Positions 40,101-52,100 of a DNA stretch of 64,000 nucleotides are shown here, one piece after another. The notes under the pieces are model-generated. The model was not told the origin of the DNA and did no database searches. It was given only the letters and a program-made list of their open reading frames with translations. A program made the position numbers and the translations under genes. Within the stretch, counting starts at the first letter, position 1, and each line of letters starts with the position of its first letter. Source of the stretch: Ascidiella aspersa (taxonomy: Eukaryota); the NCBI GenBank assembly GCA_963924565.1, contig OZ004615.1, positions 20,522,001 through 20,586,000 on the forward strand, written 5' to 3'.

Positions 40101-43100
40101 CAACAATATTCCAAGAAGTAAAGCACGGCAAAACGATGGTAGATATTGCATGAACGAACTAAACGCCGCCTTTTGCATTCCTTTGGTTCAGTCTATTCAG
40201 TTTGCTGCATTACAGTTTTCCAAACCTGAAACTACTAATGAAAAGCTTAGGCGCACAGGGAATTTGATATTAAAGGCATTATCCTGTTCAAATAAATGTT
40301 ATGACATGTTTATGCCTACGGCACTCCAACGATTCCACTTAGGCGAAAAAATAAGCCATTATATAGTCGAATAAAACTCAAACTTTAATTTCTCATTACT
40401 TTGCCTACAAACATATGACACTTCTTTTTTTGTTCTAACATCTGTTGAACAATCCACTTGCTTGCTGCCAGTGCCTGTAGCTGCTATACTTCCACCGATG
40501 TGGTTCGTTTGGCCAATACAGTGAATTTCAACCTTTTGAGGTTTACGATACTCTCTATAAAATTTGTTTTACATTGAAGAAAGTTGGTTAATTACGAGTT
40601 CTCATTAATGTCTTTGCCTCGACCAATCATCTAACTTCTTTATAGGGGAGATTGTAGAAAATTGTTCTTTCAGCTAATGTCTTATTCTGATATAAATTCA
40701 CTCGGTTTTCGTTGGCTTAAAGCCAGCAAGCAAAGCAGCCAGCTACAACCGTTCTGTTTATTGATTAGACATGACTGGTGTATATTCATATAACGCTCTC
40801 GCATATACAAGTTGAGAATTTGCATGAAAAAGAAAGGCGATACGGAAAAGCGGAAATGTTTTATAACCCGAAGCCTTTTTTGGCAGCCTGTGACAGCAAC
40901 GTGTTCACACAGGTGAAATACTTTTATCTGTAACGGAAATATGTGTCACACAAAAACATTTGTCATGTGTGAAAACAGCCGAAGCTTTGTTCTCAGAGTG
41001 ACAGCGAAAGTTTTCAATAAAAGCGTGAAAAAGTATCAACATAATGCACACTCAATAAACATTTGAAATACTCAATTAAACATCTGAAATACTCAATTAA
41101 ACATCTGAAATGACCCCAGATGCTACAACATAAATAGCATATTGGCGAACACTGCAAAAGAAGGATATATTGAATTCTGTAGTTACTATTAACTATACAA
41201 ATGAAAATATTTTTCGTGAAATATTTTTTAGGTGCAATTTACCAAATTCGTCTTTTAAATACGACAATAAACAGGTATAAACATTTAAAATACATTTTCG
41301 CGCTTTGCGCAAAACCACTTAACTTAAGATGCTTGTTAGCGCACCGCTTCGCGTGGAAACAGCAAGTTTCTTTAGAATTTAGAAACGTTGCGAGTCGCAA
41401 TGCTTTCCTGCGTTGTACGGTGGGTGAAACTTTATTACATGGCCTTGCCTCTTTATTTATTACCGCGACAATAAATTCAAATACGACGGTACGACGTATT
41501 TGGGGAACGATCGACAAATAGATTTTATACAGATGATGCGTACGGCGATATTGTTAAATTTTGGCCAGCTAACATGTTTAAATAGCAAATATAATTATTC
41601 TCTTTAAACGGTTTAACGCCTGTGGTACACTATACTTCTGCCAATGTTTTACTAAGACGAGCCACTTCGCATAATGAACGTAGCGCGCGCGGGACAATAA
41701 AGCGCAGCACGATGCCAGCCGCTTTTTCGCTTGGCGAGCTAAACAAAGCAAGCGATAAGAACGAATTCTGTATTGAAGTTTTTCTGCCGCTAGATAGGAA
41801 TCGAAAGCTACAGATAGCTAAAACGATAACGTCACAACATTTTATGTTTTTTGCCCTCAATCAGAGGCCCCTAGGGGTGCAGCCTCATAAACCTCTAAAT
41901 GCGCACCTGCAAACCACTCTACGTCATGTCTAAAAATTTAGAAGTACTGCTTTGTACAGTTGTACACTTTTACTATAAAGCTTCGGACCAATAACATACC
42001 TAACATAAAAAAAATAACGGCAGTAACAAGAAATAACACGAAAATAAATTTTCGGCACATATGACTAGAATTATCTAGTAGCCCAAGTTTTGTTTGACAC
42101 TATAGATTTTACAGCTAGAAATGTGATTTAATTTCTATGTTGATGACGTAACAATGCCACTGTTTTCCTTCCTATTGCGCAAAATGTTGCTTACAAAAAG
42201 CACATGGCGAAAACTCGTATCTTAAAGTTTTTAACTGTAAATGGGTTCTTCCTGTGCTAAATATCTGTTGATTAGTCGGATTAGGAATTTGGGAGCTTAT
42301 TAATACTACGGTTGTTTGTTTAGTCATTTATTGATAAACTTTAAACTGAAACTGAAATTTAGCTGTGCATGTTTATATCCAAGTTAATCCTGGATCCCTA
42401 ACAAGTTTCTAAGTCCAGTACATTAGTTCTGCGGTGGCCTAGACTTTTAAAACGACCGTGTTACGCCCCGGCTTCCTGGATAAACACTGCGGCAAGCTTA
42501 AAAAAGTAAAATGTTTTTTCAATTAGCAATTTTACTCATTTAACAGGGAACTTAGTGTAACCATTGTTTCGTCTATTTAAGAATTGTTTTACGATAGTTT
42601 TCACGCTTTACATAGCTTATTATTAAAATTAAAAAAAAAATTCAATGTCTTTGTTTTATCTATCATAAACGACGAAGCTTTAACGTAAAAAAGCATAAAT
42701 ATTTATCAAAGCGGAGTTCGATAGTCCCTGGCGATTTAGAATGGCCTCATCTTGCGACACGAAAAGACCCACACAATTGTACAACACTTACAATCGGGTT
42801 GAATGCGAAGCCGATTGGTTATTGGCCGTCGGTGCCGTTGGCGCGTTCGAACTGCGCTTACAGCAAGAACCGATCTCACACAGAGCGCCGCTGATGGTTT
42901 CGGAGTAAATCAAAGGGTTCAGGGCGCTGTTGGTCGGCAGTAGGATCCCGGCGCTTATAGCGTACACGACCGGGGGCAAATGCACCCCCGACAGCTGCAC
43001 AAAGGCCAGGGTGCAGAGCGGAACCCAGCAAGCAAAGTCGGTGAGAATAAGACGCGAAATGCGCGCCTGCATTTTCCTGGCCCGCTTGCTAACGGTGCCA

Positions 43101-46100
43101 GCCATTCGCACGCTGACGCGGTAGATGGCAAAGTAGCAGACGACCATGTAGAGGAAAAGCACAAAGTTGAGGCTTATTAGGAAACAGGAGAAAACCCAGC
43201 CCGCCTCTCCGACGTTGACGAAAATTCGGGGCATGCAAACACTCGTTTCACCGTAGTAACCGATGTCGCCCTTGATGGGCAAGTAAGGGATCTTGCTTTC
43301 GATGAACTGCTTGGTCGCCATCCACGACGAAGCGTTGATTTGCCCCATTCTTAACGCGAGCGCATTCAAGTCGGCTTTTTTCACTTGGTCCGATTTGTAA
43401 AAGTAATTGGGGAACCAGACTCCGGACACAAAGTAGCCGGAAGTGGGGAACATTAGCGGAAAAGTGGCAATCAGGGCGGCCAAAATCCAGGACGCAACAA
43501 CCGCCATTCGTCCCCAAACAATTGTAAGAGTGGAAGTGACGAAAGGTCGTAGAATGGTGACGAGGCGAAACGTGGTCATGGACGTCATCACAAACACCGA
43601 GTTTTCTGTTGAAAGCACGACTAGGACTCCCAGAAGGGAGCAAAGCCGGCTCGTGCGCCAAGACTTATCGTGAAAGCAGTAAGAGCCCGAATATTGGGCG
43701 GCCTTGACGCAAACGGTGAGAAGGTAAACGCCCATGAGGAAATCCGAAATGGACAGGTTGAGAACAAACAGCGAGTTGTACTGCATCGGGATTGACATCG
43801 GCTCGGCTGCCAGGAAGCTCCTCGCCGTGGTGACGAACACCACAATGTTTCCGGCGATCGAAAGCAGCGCCATCAGCCAGAAAATGGCCAGGATTAATTT
43901 GTTGCCGATCAGTTCGTACTGGGACGAAAATACGGTGACTTTTTGGCTTTTGGGAGGACACTCGTCGCTGCCGTCAGAACAGTCCCACTTGCCATCCTCG
44001 ACGTCGCTTATCGGCACCGAAAGCGGCTTTTTATCCAAGCAGTAAAAGCGTTTGTCGGCGCAGCGGGCCTTGGACTCGTCGGCGCCGTTTTCGCAGTCGA
44101 CTCTACCGTTGCACAACTCGTCCACGTCGATGCTCACCGACACGCCGTTGACGCAGTAAAAGCGCTCGGAGCAGTTCTTCTCCTCGAAGCCGAAGGGACA
44201 AGAGGCGTTTTTGATGACATAAGCGGCCGAGTCGTTCTGCCCGTCGCAGTAGCGATCCCCCATCGGGTAATACCAGCGACAGGGATCGTCGCAGAACCAC
44301 GGCCTGGTCGAGCAGTTCACACATTCGTCGGACATGTCGGCGCACTGAGGCCGTCCGTCGCACATCACGGCTTCGATCCAACCAGGCGCCGCCACGCAAC
44401 GGATCGTAGCCCTGCCTTTGGTATCGACGCAGCCGACCGTGTTGGTCTTGTCGACGCACTGGTAGCTCCTGTTGCACAGCAGCTCTTCGCTTGGGAGGCA
44501 GCCAACAGTTTCGTTGCAGTAGAGTTGGTCAGGATGCTGACAGCGTGTCTTGGACGCCCCCAGCACCTTGTCGCAGATTGTTTGATCGGCACAAAAGCAC
44601 TCGTCGGAAAGGTCGTAGCAGTCCACCACCCCGTCGCACACCTGTCTGGGCGCTATTATCAGCTTCTTGTCGAAGCATTGGAAGCAGCGCATCGCGCCGT
44701 CGACGAAGCACAAGTCCGAGCCGTCTGAGCACTGCGGCAAGTCGTCGTAGAGGTTGAGCTGCGGCAGACTGCAGGTGAAAGTCGAGTACTTGGTGGCGCA
44801 TTTGAAACCTGGCCCGTAGTGCGTCTCATCGCTAAAGTCGCTGCACTGGCTGTTGCCGTCGCAGAACTGACGAATAATGAGCACGTCCTTGTTTTTGCAC
44901 AACACTGGCTTGATGCAGCCGGGCTGGCTGGCGGCGGGCGGCGAAGAAATACAGGCCCATTCCGGCGTCTGCTTCCCGATCGTGTTGTTTACGTAGGTCA
45001 CGGTGAGCACCGGATGGCAGTGGGTCAGCGAGGCGTTCTCAAAATGCAGCATTGCGTTTTTTGCGTGCAAATCCGGACAGCTCATGGCCTTGGTGCTCCA
45101 ATTGTCGGCACAGTCGTTCATTCCGACCACACAGGGCTCGTCATCGCCGCTGTAGCAGTCTATCTTTCCGTTGTTGACGTCGGAAGTGGAAATACACCCC
45201 TTGTCCGAAGTGCAGTTCGAGCTTGCGTTAAATATGCAGCCGCACTTGACCTGGCCGATCAAACACGCACAGCCCTTCTCGTCGCTCCAGTCGCCGCACT
45301 CGTTCACGTCGTTACAGAGCTGCCAGGGAAGCACGCATCCGTTGCTGGTGTTGCACGTCTTTTCGACAGCCTCGTAACACGCGCAAGGCGTTTCGATGGG
45401 CAGGCAGGTGCAGCCGTATTCGTCGCTCCAGTCGCCGCAGTCGTTGTAGCCGTCGCATTGTTTACTTGCGCTTACGCAGCCGGGCGATCGGCCACAACCC
45501 GGGCGACTGCACCGGCACTGGAAGCTGTACTCCGGGCAGGTGCAGTTATTTTCGTCGCTCCAGTCGCCACAGTCGTTTACCAGGTTACAGCGCCTGACGC
45601 CGGCCACGCTTTCGGCTTTACAGGAAGACAGCACCGTCGGTCGAACGCTGCAAGCGCAGCGGAAAAAGGCGCAGTCGGTTTCGTCGCTGCCGTCGCCGCA
45701 GCCGTCAACGTGATTGCAAACGTAGCCTCCATTCACGGCCAGCGTCCGTCCCGGGCAGGATTCCCCGCATGCGCACACGAAAAGGCTGGCACCATATGTA
45801 CAGTTGCGCTCGTCGCTACCATCTACACAGTCCTTGTATCCGTCGCACACCCAAGACGACCTAATGCACCAGGTATCCCCAGCGCAGAAGGTCGAATTCG
45901 GTTTGGCGCATTTGCAGCCAAAGTTGGGCGCCAGGCACTGACAGGAACGCTCGTCCGAGTGATCCGAGCACTGGTAGACGCCGTCGCAAACCTTGTACGC
46001 TGGCAACTTGACGATGTTATTCGTGCAGCTCCGGTTTCGAGAGCAAGCGCACGTGAACAAACTTGGTCGATCATCGCAGCCCGCTTCGTCGCTCCAATCC

Positions 46101-49100
46101 CCGCAGTCATTGAGCCCGTTGCATTGAGCTCTTTTGTCAACGCATCCCGCCGAAGTCTTGCAGCCCGACCAGTTACAATCGCACGTAAACTGGCTAAAAT
46201 CGCAAGGACATGCCACCTCGTCGCTCCAGTCGTGGCAGTCGTTTCTTTGGTTGCAAACCTCGACCCAAGCAACGCGTCGAGTACTGGGCGTGACGCATGT
46301 GCCGTTCCGCGCGCATGCGCAGTAGAACTGGACCGCTACAAAGTCGCAGTAAAGCTCGTCGCTTCCGTCGGCGCAGTCGTCCCGGCCGTCGCACTTGTTG
46401 ATCAGCGGAACGCAGCTGATCGGATCCGTGCACTTTCCGTTTGCGTAGCGGCAACCGCACGAAAACTGACCGGCGCATTGGCAGTCGGCCTCGTCGCTTC
46501 CGTCGGAACAATCGCTTTTGCCGTCGCAAGTCTGCCGCTGCAAAACGCACACCTCAGGATAGACGCACGTGTTGTTGTCCTGACACGCGCAGCTAAAATA
46601 CCCAGTATCACAAGTACATCCACGCTCGTCTGTCCCGTCCAAGCAATCCAGCACACCATCACAAATCTCTTTATCGCTGTAGCATCCTCGACCGTAGTAG
46701 CAGTGGTGTGTTCTTAGCGGGCAGCCGCACTGGTAAAGGCCAGGCGCGCAGAAGCAGTTCAGCTCGTCGAAACCCTTGAGACAGTCGCCCCCGCCGTCGC
46801 AAACCCAGTTCTTAGGGATGATTTCCGCTTTGTAGTTGCCCCTGACGCTGAAGTAGTAGCCGCTGAGGTATTTGGTCCGGGCCGGGCACATGCAGTTCAC
46901 CATGCTGCTAGCTGGATCCAACCGCACGGCGTTGCACCATTCTGCAAACAAAGTGGTAACCCATTTGTGGAGTTGATTTTTTGTAATACTGCAGTTTATA
47001 GGATTGTTATGTGCGACCATTACGACGTATTCTCGTGGGTCGGAATCGGAACTCGGGACTCGAGTAAGACCGCGTAAAACTACCCGAGTCCCGAGTCCGA
47101 CGTGCGTATGCGCAGTATCAATTTTTATAACTGTTAAGGCGGCAAAATGTAAGTTGTAAAAGTGTAATAGCATATGTGAAATATTTTTAAACCATGTAAT
47201 GCGTGTGGATCAATTATGACACCAATATGAGTCGATTGCAAAAAATCCACCTTAATTTAGTTGCATAAATGGGTAAAATACAGGCTGTAGAGTCGGGCTG
47301 GACTCGGGACTCGACAAAATCTTACATTTGGCCGGAGTCGTACTCGGGTGTATTTTTTTGGCCGGAGTCGAACTCGGGAGTCGGACTCGGGAGTCGAACT
47401 CGGGAGTCGGACTCGGGTTGTTTTTAACCGACTCCACAGCCCTGGTTTATATAAGCGTGACTCTTACAGGGGTGCTGTATTCATTACTTGTGTTCTAATA
47501 CGCCGTGGTGTTATGCGGTTTTGCCCCACCAGTAGATATTACACTTTTTATACGCAAAGCTAAGGAACAGGAATACGTTAAAGTGAAGTTTTGCAATTAG
47601 GGACTTGCGATAAAGTTTTTTGTTATGCACGTACTCGAACTTTTGGTTTAAAGGTATACGACTCTCCAAACTGAAACCAGTTGACATCATTACTTTGGTC
47701 AAGTAAATCAAATTTTTTTAGGAAAGTCCAATGGCAATATTTTCTAAGGTTTACGGTTTGTTAGGAGGCTTATTGATCTTCGATTTATCTGCTCAAAATT
47801 GCTTTTTATACTCAAACTAGAAAACGTTGCTTCAAAACCATATCTCAAAATGTACCAATTAGTTTAGTATGGGATCGGTACCGATACTATAGTCTAATAT
47901 CGAACGAGTAGCGATACTACCACTTGGTATCGGGTTTTGTTAAATTTGCAATAAGGAGTGTCCGATTTGATCGGAGCTAAATCGATATTTAATACCAAAC
48001 GGAAAATATCGACAACTGGGTGGAATAATGTTGATTCGAAACGACATTGACAAAAGTATTTCAGCGATGTTTTTTTTACGAAGCAACATTTTGTACTTGG
48101 AGATACAATTCTCTAAAAATTGATGGGAGATTAGGATTAACGTGTGTTTTTCTCCACTTTTAATATTGGTCTTACCGGTTACATAGAATCATATTCTTGT
48201 TTAGTCAGCAAACTTTTAATAAGCAGACAAAACGAATATATATGATATAATGACGGTTCCGATATTAATATTACGTTCAACGTTCTGTTAGCATCTAGGT
48301 TAAAAAACGCCTTGTCGGGTGTAACTGACTGATGCCTAATCCAACCTAAAATGCTAATGATTATCACTTTTGATTTGGTTCAATGTCAAGTACGCTCTCT
48401 ATTTTTCTGTTTACGATACATGGCTACAAGTCAAACCCCTTAGGGCATAACTGCGGGTTAATATTTCATCCATCGAACTATTTATGTGCTTTGTTGGCAA
48501 CGACTAATACAGAAAGTCGACACAATAGGCAAAATTATATTTCAAGGGGATGTTGTAACAACGGAAAACCGATTAAAATGACAATCAAAAAACATGTAAA
48601 TAGCCAAGAGAACGGCTAAAGGTAATATCAACCTACTGTAATATTCAATCCATCCAATTGGCTCACTTCCATCCACGGTAATTTTACTTTCCAACAATAT
48701 TCCAAGAAGTAAAGCACGGCAAAACGATGGTAGATATTGCCTGAACGAACTAAACGCCGCCTTTTGCATTCCTTTGGTTCAGTCTATTCAGTTTGCTGCA
48801 TTACAGTTTTCCAAACCTGAAACTACTAATGAAAAGCTTAGGCGCACAGGGAATTTGATATTAAAGGCATTATCCTGTTCAAATAAATGTTATGACATGT
48901 TTATGCCTACGGCACTCCAACGATTCCACTTAGGCGAAAAAATAAGCCATTATATAGTCGAATAAAACTCAAACTTTAATTTCTCATTACTTTGCCTACA
49001 AACATATGACACTTCTTTTTTTGTTCTAACATCTGTTGAACAATCCACTTGCTTGCTGCCAGTGCCTGTAGCTGCTATACTTCCACCGATGCGGTTCGTT

Positions 49101-52100
49101 TGGCCAATACAGTGAATTTCAACCTTTTGAGGTTTACGATACTCTCTATAAAATTTGTTTTACATTGAAGAAAGTTGGTTAATTACGAGTTCTCATTAAT
49201 GTCTTTGCCTCGACCAATCACCTAACTTCTTTATAGGGGAGATTGTAGAAAATTGTTCTTTCAGCTAATGTCTTATTCTGATATAAATTAACTCGGTTTT
49301 CGTTGGCTTAAAGCCAGCAAGCAAAGCAGCCAGCTACACCCGTTCTGCTTATTGATTAGACATGACTAATGTATATTCATATAACGCTCTCGCATATACA
49401 AGTTGAGAATTTGCATGAAAAAGAAAGGCGATACGGAAAAGCGGAAATGTTTTATAACCCGAAGCCTTTTTTGGCAGCCTGTGACAGCAACGTGTTCACA
49501 CAGGTGAAATACTTTTATCTGTAACAGAAATATGTGTCACACAAAAACATTTGTCATGTGTGAAAACAGCCCAAGCTTTGTTCTCAGAGTGACAGCGAAA
49601 GTTTTCAATAAAAGCGTGAAAAAGTATCAACATAATGCACACTCAATAAACATTTGAAATACTCAATTAAACATCTGAAATACTCAATTAAACATCTGAA
49701 ATGACCCCAGATGCTACAACATAAATAGCATATTGGCGAACACTGCAAAAGAAGGATATATTGAATTCTGTAGTTACTATTAACTATACAAATGAAAATA
49801 TTTTTCGTGAAATATTTTTTTAGGTGCAATTTACCAAATTCGTCTATTAAATACGACAATAAACAGGGATAAACATTAAAAATACATTTTCGCGCTTTGC
49901 GCAAAATCACTTAACTTAAGCTGCTTGTTAGCGCACCGCTTCGCGTGGAAACAGCAAGTTTCTTTACAATTTAGAAACGTTGCGAGTCACAATGCTTTCC
50001 TGCGTTGTACGGTGGGTGAAACTTTATTACATGGCCTTGCCTCTTTATTTATTACCGCGACAATAAATTCAAATACGACGGTACGACGTATTTGGGGAAC
50101 GATCGACAAATAGATTTTATACAGATGATGCGTACGGCGATATTGTTAAATTTTGGCCAGCTAACATGTTTAAAAAGCAAATGTAATTATTCTCTTTAAA
50201 TGGTTTAACGCCTGTGGTACACTATACTTCTGCCAATGTTTTACTAAGACGAGCCACTTCGCATAATGAACGTAGCGCGCGTGGGACAATAAAGCGCAGC
50301 ACGATGCTAGCCGCTTTTTCGCTTGGCGAGCTAAACAAAGCAAGCGATAAGAACGAATTCTGTATTGAAGTTTTTCTGCCGCTAGATAGGAATCGAAACC
50401 AACAAACAGCTAAAACGATAACGTCACAACATTTTATGTTTTTTGCCCTCAATCAGAGGCCCTAGGGGTGCAGCCTCATAAACCTCTAACCATAACACCA
50501 AACAAAATAACGGCAATAACAAGAAATGACCCGAAAATAAATTTTTGCCCAAGTCTTGTTAGGACACTATAGATTTTACAGCTAGAAATGTGATTTAATT
50601 TCTATGTTGATGACGTAACAAAAATGTTGCTTACAAAAAGCACATGGCGCAAACTCGTATCTTAAAGTTTTTGGTAAATGGGTTCTTCCTGTGCTAGATA
50701 TCTGTTGATTAGTCGGATTAGGAATTTGGGAGCTTATTAATATTACGGTTGTTTGTTTAGTCATTTATTGATAAACTTTAAACTGAAAGTGAAATTTAGC
50801 TGTGCATGTTTATATCCAAGTTAATCCTGGATCCCTAACAAGTTTCTAAGTCCAGTACATTAGTTCTGCGCTGGCCTAGACTTGGAAAACGACCGTGTTA
50901 CGCACCGGCTTCCTGGATAAACACTGCGGCAAGCTTAAAAAGTAAAATGTTTTTCAACTAGCAATTTTACTCATTTAACAGGGAACTTAGTGTAACCATT
51001 GTTTCGTCGCTTTACATAGCTTATTGTTAAAATTAAAAAACAAATTCAATGTCTTTATTTTATCCATCATAAACGACGAAGCTTTAACGTAAAAAAGCAT
51101 AAATATTTATCAAAGCGGAGTTCGATAGTCCCTGGCGATTTAGAATGGCCTAATCTTGCGACTCGAATAGACCCACACAATTGTATACAACACTTACAAT
51201 CGGGTTGAATGCGAAGCCGATTGGTTATTGGCCGTCGGTGCCGTTGGCGCGTTCGAACTGCGCTTACAGCAAGAACCGATCTTACACAGAGCGCCGCTGA
51301 TGGTTTCGGAGTAAATCAAAGGGTTCAGGGCGCTGTTGGTCGGCAGTAGGATCCCGGCGCTTATAGCGTACACGACCGGGGGCAAATGCACCCCCGACAG
51401 CTGCACAAAGGCCAGGGTGCAGAGCGGAACCCAGCAAGCAAAGTCGGTGAGAATAAGACGCGAAATGCGCGCCTGCATTTTCCTGGCCCGCTTGCTAACG
51501 GTGCCAGCCATTCGCACGCTGACGCGGTAGATGGCAAAGTAGCAGACGACCATGTAGAGGAAAAGCACAAAGTTGAGGCTTATTAGGAAGCAGGAGAAAA
51601 CCCAACCCGCCTCTCCGACGTTGACGAAAATTCGCGGCATGCAAAGACTCGTTTCGCCGTAGTAACCGATGTCGCCCTTGATGGGCAAATAGGGGATCTT
51701 GCTTTCGATAAACTGCTTGGTCGCCATCCACGACGAAGCGTTGATTTGCCCCATTCTTAACGCGAGCGCATTCAAGTCGGCTTTTTTCACTTGGTCCGAT
51801 TTGTAAAAGTAATTGGGGAACCAGACTCCTGACACAAAGTAGCCGGAAGTGGGGAACATTAGCGGAAAAGTGGCAATCAGGGCGGCCAAAATCCAGGACG
51901 CAACAACCGCCATTCGTCCCCAAACAATTGTAAGAGTGGAAGTGACGAAAGGTCGTAGAATGGTGACGAGGCGAAACGTGGTCATGGAGCAAAGCCGGCT
52001 CGTGCGCCAAGACTTATCGTGAAAGCAGTAAGAGCCCGAATATTGGGCGGCCTTGACGCAAACGGTGAGAAGGTAAACGCCCACGAGGAAATCCGAAATG

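Noticed and set aside
31985-40562. The 8.6-kb unit as a transposon (Helitron, or LTR element carrying the GPCR)
   Set aside because: Unit ends lack TIRs, TSDs or Helitron termini. Each unit-start LTR has its own TSD on both sides, so it is a solo LTR copied passively rather than the flank of a larger element.
41201-41933. Short ORFs recurring in each unit's spacer
   Set aside because: They recur only because of the duplication; frames are disrupted between copies and there is no coding signature.
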